DNA of 64,000 nt from Candidatus Nanohaloarchaea archaeon (lineage in GTDB: Archaea > Nanohalarchaeota > Nanosalinia > Nanosalinales > Nanosalinaceae), in the NCBI GenBank assembly GCA_014297435.1, contig JACOQA010000002.1, positions 32,001 through 96,000 on the forward strand. The letters run 5' to 3'. How positions within the stretch are numbered: the stretch's first letter is position 1; each line of letters starts with the position of its first letter. Positions 1 to 9,443 of the stretch are shown piece after piece. The translations under genes and the position numbers were made by a program. The notes beneath the pieces were generated by a model. It was given only the letters and a program-made list of their open reading frames with translations, had not been told where the DNA came from and made no database searches.

Positions 1-2612
1 GATGGCACGTTACCGGAACACCAATTATTGGCGCTCTTGAACGTTTGAAGGACGGCGAGGAGAAACAAATCGAAGTCTTGAGAGATGTCTACAACGTTCC
101 CGAGGAAGAGATGAAATCTTGGGAGGAACCGATGGACTACGCGAACTACTTTATCGAGAATAGTTACAAGCCGAACATGAAGAACCTTGGCTTCTCCGTT
201 GACTGGAGAAGAGAGTTTACGACAAACGATAACGATTACAACAAGTTCATCGAATGGCAGTACAAAACTTTGAGAGAGAAAGGCTTGGTGAAGAAAGGAC
301 TTCATCCGACAAAGTACTGTTTGAACGATCAGAACCCTGTAACCACACACGATCTTCTTGAAGGAGAAGACGCAGAGAAGCAAGAATATTCGCTTGTCAA
401 GTTCGAATCAGACGATACAATCTTTCCGATGGCTACACTTCGTCCTGAAACCGTTTTCGGAGTAACGCATACCTTGATCAATCCTGAAGGCGATTATATC
501 AGAGCTGATGTTGATGGAGAAGAATGGATTGTTTCAGAAGATGCAGCGGAAAAACTTGACCATCAGGACCGTGAAGTCGAAGAGGTTGAGAAGGTTAAAG
601 GAGAAGAGTTTGTCGGCGAAAAAGTCCGAAACCCTGTTACCGGAGAAGAAGTTTTGATTCTTCCTGCATCGTTTGTTGATCCTGATTCAGGTTCCGGTAT
701 CGTTATGTCTGTTCCAGCTCATGCGCCTTACGACTGGATCTCTTTGAAGGACATTCAGGAAGACGAAGAAAAACTCAGAAAGTTCGATCTCGACGTGGAT
801 GAGGTTCAGTCAATCGAACCTAAAACTATAATCGACGTTGAAGATTACGGTAAAGTTCCGGCAAAAGAAGTTTGCGAAGGACACGGAGTTGATTCTCAGG
901 ACGATGAAGAAGATCTTGAGAAGGCGACGGAAGAAATCTATGAGAAAGAGTTTCACACTGGCACATTAAATTCAGAGTGTCAGGACTTTAGCGGAGAAAA
1001 AGTTAACGCGATCAAAGATAGATTGATCGAACAGTTTGAGAACCAGGATCGTTTCGACTCGATGCATGACTTCTCGGAAGAAGTAGTCTGTCGGTGCGGA
1101 GGAAAGGTTATCGTCGCCCAGCAGGACTCATGGTTCCTCGAGTACGGCGACAAAGCCTGGAAGGACAAAGTCCACAAATGTCTGAATGATATGGATTTGA
1201 TCCCGGAGAATATCAGGGAGCAGTTCGACCATACTGTTGATTGGCTCGAGTCTTGGCCCGCGATCAGGAACTACGGTCTCGGAACAAAGCTTCCTTTCGA
1301 CGAGGACTTCGTTATTGAACCGCTTTCCGACTCAACGATTTACATGGCGTTCTATACGATCCGCCATATAATAGAAGACATTGAGGACGATAAGTTGAAA
1401 CCAGAGTTCTTCAGTTATGTGTTCAACGAGGAAGGATCTGTGGAAGAGGTTTCGGAATCAACAGGTATTGAAGTCAAGAAGATTGAGGAAGCCAGAGAAA
1501 GCTTCGGTTACTGGTATCCTCTTGACTGGAGAACTACGGCGAACGAACTCATCCAGAACCACTTAACGTTCTTCATGTACCACCACACCGCATTATTTAA
1601 TGAGGAGAACTGGCCTAACGGTATTGCAACCTGGGGAATGGGATTGCTTGAAGGAGAGAAGATGAGCTCATCAAAGGGGCACGTCGTTCCGGCAGAGGAA
1701 GCTATCGATGAGTATGGCGCCGATACTTCTAGGTTCTTCCTCTTCGCATCAGTTGAACCTTGGCAGGATTTCGACTGGAGAAGCGACGAAGTACAGCAAT
1801 ACCAGGACAAGCTTGAAAGCTTCTACGAAAGAAGCATCGAAATCTATGGGGCAGGAGAAGAAAGAGAACCTAACACTCTTGATAAGTACGTACTTTCCCG
1901 ATTGCAGGGAATTATTGAAGAAGCCACGGAAGGACTTGAAGAGTTCCAGACCCGTAAAGCCGGTTTGAATGCGTTCTTCGAGTTGAACTCCTTGATCAAC
2001 ATGTACCGGAATCGCTCCGATAATCTGAACGTTGAAGTTGTAAACGAGCTCGTAGAAACCCAAGTTCGTTTGATGGCGCCTTTCACCCCTCACGTCTGCG
2101 AAGAAATCTGGACAGAGATCGGAAAAGAAGGTTTTGTTTCAGAGGCAGACTGGCCTGAAGCTAATCAAGAAAAAGTAGATGAAGAGGTCGAGAAAGCGTT
2201 CGAGCTGGTTGATAACACAGTCGAAGACATCCGTGAAGTCGAAGAGTTCGTTGACAGCTATGAAAAAGTGAAGATTATCGTTGCCGAGGACTGGAAACGT
2301 GAACTCTTCGAAGAGTTGAAAGATGTTGTCGATGAACGTCCTGAGTTTGGTGAAGCTATGGGAAGGTTAGTCTCAGGAAGAAAAGATCATGCTGACACGA
2401 TCAAGTCCTATCTCCAGGAGTATCTTGAGGAACCGGGAGAGCTTCCATCCGAGATTTTCTCAGTCGAGAGAGAAGAAGAGATTCTTGAGGAGAACCGTGC
2501 ATTTATCGAAGAAGAATTTGATGCAGAAGTAGAAATTGAAAGAGAGAAGAACTCGAGCGAAGATAAGGCTTCAAGGGCAGAACCCGGAAGACCTGCGATA
2601 GTAATGAATTGA
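1..2612 (+). CDS. leuS: Leucyl-tRNA synthetase, archaeal type (5'-truncated by the window)
   Basis: Frame open from nt 3 (WHVTGTPIIGALERL); SVDWRREFTT, ATLRPET, CP1 editing GSGIVMSVPAHAPYD, KMSSSKG, C-terminal AEPGRPAI. Confidence 0.97.
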   Translation, partial: WHVTGTPIIGALERLKDGEEKQIEVLRDVYNVPEEEMKSWEEPMDYANYFIENSYKPNMKNLGFSVDWRREFTTNDNDYNKFIEWQYKTLREKGLVKKGLHPTKYCLNDQNPVTTHDLLEGEDAEKQEYSLVKFESDDTIFPMATLRPETVFGVTHTLINPEGDYIRADVDGEEWIVSEDAAEKLDHQDREVEEVEKVKGEEFVGEKVRNPVTGEEVLILPASFVDPDSGSGIVMSVPAHAPYDWISLKDIQEDEEKLRKFDLDVDEVQSIEPKTIIDVEDYGKVPAKEVCEGHGVDSQDDEEDLEKATEEIYEKEFHTGTLNSECQDFSGEKVNAIKDRLIEQFENQDRFDSMHDFSEEVVCRCGGKVIVAQQDSWFLEYGDKAWKDKVHKCLNDMDLIPENIREQFDHTVDWLESWPAIRNYGLGTKLPFDEDFVIEPLSDSTIYMAFYTIRHIIEDIEDDKLKPEFFSYVFNEEGSVEEVSESTGIEVKKIEEARESFGYWYPLDWRTTANELIQNHLTFFMYHHTALFNEENWPNGIATWGMGLLEGEKMSSSKGHVVPAEEAIDEYGADTSRFFLFASVEPWQDFDWRSDEVQQYQDKLESFYERSIEIYGAGEEREPNTLDKYVLSRLQGIIEEATEGLEEFQTRKAGLNAFFELNSLINMYRNRSDNLNVEVVNELVETQVRLMAPFTPHVCEEIWTEIGKEGFVSEADWPEANQEKVDEEVEKAFELVDNTVEDIREVEEFVDSYEKVKIIVAEDWKRELFEELKDVVDERPEFGEAMGRLVSGRKDHADTIKSYLQEYLEEPGELPSEIFSVEREEEILEENRAFIEEEFDAEVEIEREKNSSEDKASRAEPGRPAIVMN

Positions 2613-2618
2613 GGGTGT

Positions 2619-3200
2619 TTAATGACCCTTTAAATCTTCGAGCTCGGAGATAAGGTCTTTGTAGCATTCTCCTACCGAGGAAAGCGCATAAGTTCCATCG
2701 ATATGACCTTCTTCTACATCTTTAAACTCTCTTGCGGCACCATGAGCCGTGTCTTTTCGGTGGGAGGGGGGATTAGATATACGAGCCTGAAGATGCTCCC
2801 AACCTTCTGGAGGGCTTCTTAAACGGTTCAGCACTAGAAGGCCTGATTCATCCATCGAGTACATCGTGTGTCTAGCCCCATCACTAATTCTGTCGTAATT
2901 GCCTACAACATCTTCGAACTCATCCGCAGGAAGTTCAAGATTGTCGATTATCGCGGCTTGTCTTTCATCATTTAGTGGCGGTACAGCCTTATGTCCCATG
3001 ACTTTATCTTCTATTTCTTCCGCAAATCCGTCTATTACTGAGACGAACTCATCATAGGTTTCAATAGACGATTCAAAGTCCGCGTTTTGGTATTGGTTTT
3101 CGAACCATCTTTCATCAGCATAGCCGTTACATAATGCTTTACTTATCTCTGAAACCTCTGTATATAGGTCAGAGTTTGCAACCTCTAGTGATTGAGTCAT
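2619..3200 (-). CDS. Hypothetical acidic protein, possible C-terminal winged helix
   Basis: 193-aa acidic ORF; TTTAAA about 27 nt upstream of ATG; C-terminal GTYALSSVGE is wing-like (inference). Confidence 0.7.
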   Translation of the reverse strand: MTQSLEVANSDLYTEVSEISKALCNGYADERWFENQYQNADFESSIETYDEFVSVIDGFAEEIEDKVMGHKAVPPLNDERQAAIIDNLELPADEFEDVVGNYDRISDGARHTMYSMDESGLLVLNRLRSPPEGWEHLQARISNPPSHRKDTAHGAAREFKDVEEGHIDGTYALSSVGECYKDLISELEDLKGH

Positions 3201-3280
3201 GTAATTACTTTACTACAACAACATTTAAATTTCTGTCTATTATCGCCCTTCAGCCAGCCACGAAAAAGGAAAAAATACCT

Positions 3281-3544
3281 CTAATAATTCTTCAGGCTGT
3301 CCTCCAGTTCATTATCTAGATGTCTGTCGACATCGATATCAGCTTCTCTCAAAGCTTTTCTGTGGGCTCTGACCATATCCTCCATCTTCTCAAGTCTCTG
3401 ATTCATGGTTGCCATACCGACCCAGATCTGTCCGACCGAAGCGTTCTGGGCTTCCATGTAGGAGTCTTCATGGTTTTCAACATCGTCTAGAAGCCTTTGA
3501 AGTGATGATTCCAGTCTGTCCGGAAGCTTCTCAATCCACTGCAT
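3281..3544 (-). CDS. Hypothetical coiled-coil protein
   Basis: Acidic helical ORF; likely start ATG 3544 (MQWIEKLP) after AGAGGT. Confidence 0.7.
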   Translation of the reverse strand: MQWIEKLPDRLESSLQRLLDDVENHEDSYMEAQNASVGQIWVGMATMNQRLEKMEDMVRAHRKALREADIDVDRHLDNELEDSLKNY

Positions 3545-3637
3545 AGAACCTCTGTTTTGGATCAAAGCTTTTATCGTGTTCGAACAACGGTCTCGGTTTT
3601 TTAACTTTCACTCGACTTTTTGGTAACGTGAACTATA

Positions 3638-4285
3638 ATGGAAAAAGGCGACATGGTACTTGTTGACTACGTTGGAAAGTCGGACGGAGAGATCTTCGAC
3701 CTGACAGTAAAGGAAAAAGCCGAAGAGGAAGGAATGAATATTGAAGAGATGGACTTCGAGTCTATTCCTGTACTTATCGGAGAGCAATACGTTATCGACG
3801 GTTTTGAAGAAACACTAGAGGAAATGGAAGTTGGAGATGAGAAAGAAGTCGATATTCCAAAGGATAAGGCTTACGGAGATCGTTCATCCGAGAATGTGGA
3901 GACTTACCCCGAGAAAGAGTTCAAGAAGCAGGGCGTTGACGTCAGAAGAGGCGAAGAAGTTATGGTCGGAAACCGTAGAGGCAAAGTTATATCCGCATCA
4001 TCCGGAAGGATCAAGATCGACTTCAACCATCCTCTCGCAGGAAAGGACCTGGAGTACTGGATCAAGGTAAAGGAAAAAGTCGAAGAAGATGAGGAGAAAG
4101 CAAAGTACATCTTTAACTACCGTGTTGGACACGGCGGAGACGATTTAGAGTTTGAAGACGGAACTGTTAAAGCCGAAAAGACGCATTCACATGAGGGACA
4201 CGAGCATGAACTACCTGAGCAGCTGAGAGAGAAAGTGAAGGAAGAAATTGAAGATCACACTGATTTTGAGGTAGAGTTTGTCTAA
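3638..4285 (+). CDS. slyD: FKBP-type peptidyl-prolyl isomerase (SlyD-like, long archaeal type)
   Basis: KGDMVLVDYVG, VIDGFEETL, KAYG, IDFNHPLAGKDL; His-rich patch HSHEGHEHE. Confidence 0.95.
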   Translation: MEKGDMVLVDYVGKSDGEIFDLTVKEKAEEEGMNIEEMDFESIPVLIGEQYVIDGFEETLEEMEVGDEKEVDIPKDKAYGDRSSENVETYPEKEFKKQGVDVRRGEEVMVGNRRGKVISASSGRIKIDFNHPLAGKDLEYWIKVKEKVEEDEEKAKYIFNYRVGHGGDDLEFEDGTVKAEKTHSHEGHEHELPEQLREKVKEEIEDHTDFEVEFV

Positions 4286-4668
4286 CGCCGGAGGCATTAA
4301 GTCTCCTCTTAACTATTTCTTTATTCCTGTAGATGATGGCTCTCCTACAGCTAATGAAACGCAGGGAGGCATGGGGCTGGTTTTCACTTATTCACTAGCT
4401 ACGTGCTAGCCTGGTTCACAAGTTATTGCAGCTTGGGAATAGCCGAGTACCTCAGAAACCACGCAGAAGCCGATAGCAGCACCTGTTACTGTTGCGGCAA
4501 GGTTTATGCTGAGAGATCTGATGATGAGCTACAAAGTTCTTGGAATGTTCTTCTAAGCCGAGAAACCGTTAAAGTCGGGCTGGAGAACCGGAAGACCATT
4601 TTTATATAGTTTGAGGATAACTTCGTATACATAGCAACAAAGAAATAATTGTCAAGGGTTCTGTTTCC

Positions 4669-5778
4669 ATGGAAGATAAGATACGAGAAGCGAAAAATAC
4701 CGGTTCGGGAGTACCACAATCAAAGCAGAAAAACCATGATATCGACGAAGAGCTGGAAGAACTTATACAGCAGAGAAAGGCAGATATCAAGGTCGTGGGC
4801 TCCGGAGGCGCCGGAAACAACACGATCTCACGCCTAGTAGAAGTAGGGATCGAAGGATGCGAAACAATCGCGATGAACACAGACGCACAGGACCTTCTCT
4901 ATGCTAACGCCGACAAAAAAGTCCTTATCGGCAAAGAACTTACAGGAGGGCTCGGCGCAGGAGCCGACCCAAAGGTCGGAGAGGAATCCGCCAAAGAGTC
5001 CCAGCAGAAAGTTAAGGATGCTATTGGAGGAGCAGACATGGTATTCGTAACCTGCGGACTCGGAGGAGGAACAGGAACAGGATCCGCACCTGTCATCGCA
5101 CAGCAAGCCAAGAAAGAAGGCGCACTAACAGTCGGAATCGTCACACTGCCTTTCGAAATGGAAGGTCAAGCAAGACAGGAAAACGCAGAATACGGGCTCG
5201 AAATGCTTGAGGATACGGTCGACACACTGATCGTAATTCCAAACGACAAGCTTCTCGAAATCGTTCCAGACGTTTCTCTGAACACGGCTTTCAAGATTGC
5301 GGACGAAATCCTAGTTAACGCAGTCAAAGGCGTAACAGAGCTTGTTACAAAGCCTGGACTTGTCAACCTAGACTTCGCAGACATACGAGCTGTTATGGGC
5401 GAAGGAGGAATCGCCATGATCGGAATGGGTCAAAGTGATACAGACTCAAGAGCCTCAGAAGCAGTACAGAAAGCGCTTTCCAACCCGCTACTCGACGTAG
5501 ATATCGAGGGCGGAAAAGGCGCACTCGTAAACGTAACAGGAGGAACCAGTCTCTCCTTGAACGAGGCACAGGAAGTTGTCAACACGGTAAGCGGAAAACT
5601 TTCAGAGTCCGCGAAAGTTATCTGGGGAGCACAGGTAAGAGAGGACATGGACAACACACTCCAGTCGATGATTATTGTAACAGGAGTCGACAGCCCTCAG
5701 ATCTACGGACCTGAGAAAACTCATTCGGACGAGTACGAGGAAGAGATCGAGCAGGAGCTAGGAGTCGAGTTCATCTAG
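4669..5778 (+). CDS. ftsZ: Cell division GTPase FtsZ (FtsZ1 context, upstream of secE-spt5)
   Basis: [19 protein letters not shown] tubulin signature, NLDFAD, VIWGA. Confidence 0.98.
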   Translation: MEDKIREAKNTGSGVPQSKQKNHDIDEELEELIQQRKADIKVVGSGGAGNNTISRLVEVGIEGCETIAMNTDAQDLLYANADKKVLIGKELTGGLGAGADPKVGEESAKESQQKVKDAIGGADMVFVTCGLGGGTGTGSAPVIAQQAKKEGALTVGIVTLPFEMEGQARQENAEYGLEMLEDTVDTLIVIPNDKLLEIVPDVSLNTAFKIADEILVNAVKGVTELVTKPGLVNLDFADIRAVMGEGGIAMIGMGQSDTDSRASEAVQKALSNPLLDVDIEGGKGALVNVTGGTSLSLNEAQEVVNTVSGKLSESAKVIWGAQVREDMDNTLQSMIIVTGVDSPQIYGPEKTHSDEYEEEIEQELGVEFI

Positions 5779-5824
5779 CTCCAGCAGATTCTTTTTTATC
5801 CTACTATCTCCACTATTTTCTCAT

Positions 5825-6073
5825 ATGATTCCCGAGATTGTCTTTGGCGCAGGATTCGGATTTCTCTTCCTGTTCATACTTGCACTAGGCGTAATAGAGC
5901 TAATAGGTAAAATATACGGTACTTACAACTCACTGTCGAGAAACGATCTTACATCAGAGCAGAGACTGATCTATCTCGGTATAATCTGGTTCATACCTCT
6001 AGGATGGCTTATCTACCTGATCCTAGGGAAAAAGAAAACCGGAGAGCTTTTCTCAGAGGTTAAATTCCTCTAA
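5825..6073 (+). CDS. Small two-TM membrane protein (PLDc N-terminal-like)
   Basis: Hydrophobic helices and IIWFIPLGWLIYLILG pattern. Confidence 0.7.
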   Translation: MIPEIVFGAGFGFLFLFILALGVIELIGKIYGTYNSLSRNDLTSEQRLIYLGIIWFIPLGWLIYLILGKKKTGELFSEVKFL

Positions 6074-6092
6074 AAAAGCCTCCTCAAATTTT

Positions 6093-6407
6093 TCATGTCT
6101 TCGGGATACTCTTCTTCGCTTCAAAAAGCTTCTCGTTCACTTCATCATCCTTCGCTAAAACAGCTTTCAGGTTGTAGAAGTGATCATCCGGATCATCTTC
6201 TCTATCGACAACGTAAAGATCTACTTCAAGGTTTCTGTAGGTCTGGGCGAACCTTTCGACCTCTTGTTTCCAGTCCCCTTCCCATACGAAAACCCATTCT
6301 CCATCAGGGAGAACCAGTGCGGTGTACTTGTTTCCGTTCTTACTTTCCCGATCAGCAACTATGTTCTCTATCCGGGTTTCCAGCTTAAGCAGTTTTTCAT
6401 CTCCCAT
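6093..6407 (-). CDS. Hypothetical protein, possible OB-fold
   Basis: 104-aa beta-rich ORF (RESKNGNKYTALVLPDGEWVFVW). Confidence 0.6.
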   Translation of the reverse strand: MGDEKLLKLETRIENIVADRESKNGNKYTALVLPDGEWVFVWEGDWKQEVERFAQTYRNLEVDLYVVDREDDPDDHFYNLKAVLAKDDEVNEKLFEAKKSIPKT

Positions 6408-6479
6408 AATATAATCTTGGATCCTGAGCTCTATTAAACTGAGTCCGAAGTCTTCCGGAAGTGCCGGTTGAGGGTTTGC

Positions 6480-6599
6480 TTATAAAATTTGTTCTCACTT
6501 CTAAGTTTATACCCGTCCGGACCACCTCTGGTGGGAGGGAACTAGAGTTAAAGTTAAACGGCTAGTTCTCTTTATCCGGTTTACGAGGTGCCTAAAAAT
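6480..6599 (+). promoter_or_regulatory. TATA box and structured 5' leader of the secE-spt5-rpl11-rpl1-rpl10 operon
   Basis: TTATAAAA at about 6480; CCGGA(6517)/TCCGG(6575) enclosing CCAC/GTGG and GAGGGAACTAG/CTAGTTCTCTT stems; SD GAGGTG at 6585. Confidence 0.55.
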
Positions 6600-6800
6600 A
6601 TGGATATAAATCCCAGCAAGTGGAAGAACGACCTAAAAGCCAAGCTTAACGAATACAAGCGAGTGCTGAAGATTTCCAGCAAGCCTGACCGCGAAGAGTT
6701 CGAGATGTCCGCGAAGATTACAGGCGCAGGAATGATAATAATCGGAATTATAGGTTTCTTCTTCTACCTGCTGGCTAATCTAGTTCCAAGCCTGGTGTAA
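6600..6800 (+). CDS. secE: Protein translocase subunit SecE/Sec61gamma
   Basis: EYKRVLKISSKPDREEF...GMIIIGIIGF; ATG 6600 follows SD GAGGTG. Confidence 0.95.
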   Translation: MDINPSKWKNDLKAKLNEYKRVLKISSKPDREEFEMSAKITGAGMIIIGIIGFFFYLLANLVPSLV

Positions 6801-6802
6801 CC

Positions 6803-7237
6803 ATGATTTTGACAGCAAGAACCACAAGAGGACGTGAGAAGACAGCGATCGACGAGATGAGAAGCCGCATAAAGTCTCAAAACTACGATATAAACGCAGT
6901 CTTCAAGTCCGACGACCTGAAAGGCTACGTCTTCATCGAAGGCGAAGAAAGCGCAATCAGGGACTTAGCGGACGACATAAGACACATCAACGGGATAATC
7001 GACTCCGAAGTCGACGTTGAAGAGATCGAGTCAAGACTTTCCCAAGAAGAGGAAGACATCAAGCTCGAGGAAGGAGACGAAGTCGAAGTTGTCGGCGGCG
7101 CATTCAAGGGCGAGGAAGCCAAAATCAAGAGGATCGACGAAACCAACAGGGAAGTTACGATCGAGCTGCTTGACGCAGCAGTACCTATCCCGACAACAGT
7201 CGATGTGGATACCGTGAGGAAGAAAGCCTCTCGGTAA
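6803..7237 (+). CDS. spt5: Transcription elongation factor Spt5/NusG
   Basis: TTRGRE, LKGYVFIE (NGN), KOW motif GDEVEVVGGAFKGEEAKI. Confidence 0.96.
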   Translation: MILTARTTRGREKTAIDEMRSRIKSQNYDINAVFKSDDLKGYVFIEGEESAIRDLADDIRHINGIIDSEVDVEEIESRLSQEEEDIKLEEGDEVEVVGGAFKGEEAKIKRIDETNREVTIELLDAAVPIPTTVDVDTVRKKASR

Positions 7238-7266
7238 CAAAATTAATGCTTAAAACGTGATTAACT

Positions 7267-7764
7267 ATGGGAGATAAGACCACTATCAACACTTTGGTGG
7301 AAGGAGGCGCAGCCTCCGCAGGACCTCCCCTCGGACCTGAACTAGGTCCACTACCTACGGATGTAGGCGAGGTCGTGTCAGAAATAAACCAGAAAACCAG
7401 TGATTTCGAAGGAATGGAAGTACCTGTCGACGTTATTGTCGATGAGGATACAGGCGATTTCGAGGTAGAAGTCGGAAAGCCGCCTGCAGCCCAGCTCATC
7501 TTTGACGAGCTAGGTATTGACGGAGGTTCCGGAGAACCGAACAAAACGAAAGTTGCGGACATGGAGTTCGAGACCGCATGCAAGGTTGCGAGGATGAAAG
7601 CTTCCGACCTTCTTGCTATGGATCTCAGAGGTGCAGTCAAAGAGATCATCGGTTCAGCCGACTCCGCAGGCATCACAATCGACGGAAAAGATGCCAGACA
7701 GGTACAGCAGGAAATAAGCGAAGGAAAGTACGATGACCGCCTTGAAGCGGAGGAAGGAATCTAG
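7267..7764 (+). CDS. rpl11: 50S ribosomal protein L11
   Basis: GGAASAGPPLGPELGP, VGKPPAA. Confidence 0.97.
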   Translation: MGDKTTINTLVEGGAASAGPPLGPELGPLPTDVGEVVSEINQKTSDFEGMEVPVDVIVDEDTGDFEVEVGKPPAAQLIFDELGIDGGSGEPNKTKVADMEFETACKVARMKASDLLAMDLRGAVKEIIGSADSAGITIDGKDARQVQQEISEGKYDDRLEAEEGI

Positions 7765-7776
7765 AGGTGACCAAGA

Positions 7777-8400
7777 ATGAACTTTGAACAAGCAGTAGAA
7801 GAAGCAGTCGACGTATCCGACGAAAGAGGTTTCAAGGAGTCTGTCGACATGGTTATCAACTTCAAAGGACTAGATCTTTCCGATCCTGAAAACCGTTTCA
7901 ACGAAGACATCAAGCTTCCTTACCAGGCGGACGAAGAAGTAAAGATCGCAGTGATTGGAGACACCATCACAAACGACGCGGACAACGCCGACAGGAAGAT
8001 TTCAAAGGATGAACTCGAGGAAATGTTCGAGGATCCTTCGAAAGCCAAGGACTTGGCTGAAGAGTTCTCATTCCTACTTGCTGAGGCACCTCTGATGCCT
8101 AAGATCGGTCAGCAGCTAGGACAGGTCTTCGGACCTAGAAACATGATGCCTGACCCGGTACAGCCCGGAGAAGACCCTTCGGACGAGATCGAGTCTTTGA
8201 GAAACACAGTTACTCTCAGACTAAAGGAGTCTCCTCTACTCCAGCTAAAAATTGGTAACGAGGAGCAGGATCTCGACCAGGTCGAAAGAAACGCTTCCGC
8301 AGTCTATGATTTTGTGGAAGGACAGCTACCTCAGGGACAGAACAACATCAAATCAGTTATGATAAAGACCACTATGGGTCCGACAGTGGAGGTGGAGTAA
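7777..8400 (+). CDS. rpl1: 50S ribosomal protein L1
   Basis: RGFKESVDM, GPRNMMP, IKTTMGP. Confidence 0.97.
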   Translation: MNFEQAVEEAVDVSDERGFKESVDMVINFKGLDLSDPENRFNEDIKLPYQADEEVKIAVIGDTITNDADNADRKISKDELEEMFEDPSKAKDLAEEFSFLLAEAPLMPKIGQQLGQVFGPRNMMPDPVQPGEDPSDEIESLRNTVTLRLKESPLLQLKIGNEEQDLDQVERNASAVYDFVEGQLPQGQNNIKSVMIKTTMGPTVEVE

Positions 8401-8401
8401 G

Positions 8402-9361
8402 ATGGTGCAGCCAACCCCGAAGAAGCTTTCAAGAAGCCAGAAAGAAGAACTTGTAGAAAAAATGGCAGAGCAGATCGAGGAGAAACCTGTCGTAGGTATT
8501 CTCGACATGCAGAGCCTTCCAGCGAAGCAGCTCCAAGAGATCAAGAAGGAGATGAAAGAGTTCGCAAGCGTACAGATGCAGAGAAAGACCTTGATGAAGC
8601 TTGCAATCGAACAGGCAGACAGAGACGGCATCGACCAGCTTGAAGACAACGATGCTATCCAGCCAGCATTCATCTTCTCTGAAAAGGATCCTTTCCAGCT
8701 CTACAGCTTGATCCAGAACAACAAATCAAGTGCAGCCGCTGACGGCGGAGAAACAGCTCCTAACGACATCGAAGTTCCTGAAGGAGACACAGGGATCGGT
8801 CCAGGACCGATGCTTGGAAAGCTTCAGGGCGCAGGACTACAGGTTCAAGTCGATGATGGATCAATCCACGTCCAGAAACCTGGCGTAATCGTTGAAACCG
8901 GAGAAACAATCACAGAGGACGACGCCGAAATTTTGAACCAGATCGGTATCGAACCGCTAGAAATCGGTCTCGATCTTGATATTGCGTTCAGCGAAGGAGA
9001 GATCTTTACAGCTGAAGAGCTTGACATCGACACCGAGCAGTACAGAGCAGATGTTGAAGCCGCAGCCTCACAGGCATTCAATCTTGCGGTCAACGCAGGA
9101 GTTGTCAACGAGACAACAATCGAAACGATCGTCTCGGAAGCAGCAAAGAAGGCAAAGAACGTTTCGATCAGCGAAGGAATCCCAACGGAAGAAACGATCG
9201 AAGAGATTTTGGCATACGCATCTTCGAACGCAGAGGGAGTCGACTCACAGGTCGACCTCGACTCCGTTGAAATAGAGACAGAAGATGAAGGAACTGAAGA
9301 GGAAGGAAGCGAGGAGGACAACAAAGAAGAATCCTCGGAAGAAGACAAGTCAGAAGAGTAA
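8402..9361 (+). CDS. rpl10: 50S ribosomal protein L10 (P0)
   Basis: LPAKQLQEIK, APNDIEVPEGDTGIGPGP, acidic tail. Confidence 0.96.
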   Translation: MVQPTPKKLSRSQKEELVEKMAEQIEEKPVVGILDMQSLPAKQLQEIKKEMKEFASVQMQRKTLMKLAIEQADRDGIDQLEDNDAIQPAFIFSEKDPFQLYSLIQNNKSSAAADGGETAPNDIEVPEGDTGIGPGPMLGKLQGAGLQVQVDDGSIHVQKPGVIVETGETITEDDAEILNQIGIEPLEIGLDLDIAFSEGEIFTAEELDIDTEQYRADVEAAASQAFNLAVNAGVVNETTIETIVSEAAKKAKNVSISEGIPTEETIEEILAYASSNAEGVDSQVDLDSVEIETEDEGTEEEGSEEDNKEESSEEDKSEE

Positions 9362-9443
9362 GGGTGCTACTCCCTTCTCCGAATTTCTTCTTTTCTTAAC
9401 GTATTCAAAGGATTTTTATTCGACCAAATAAACCGTGTTATTA

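Noticed and set aside
4286-4600. SRP RNA or RNase P RNA in the slyD-ftsZ gap
   Set aside because: No SRP helix-8 or RNase P GAGGAAAGTCC-type signature seen on either strand.
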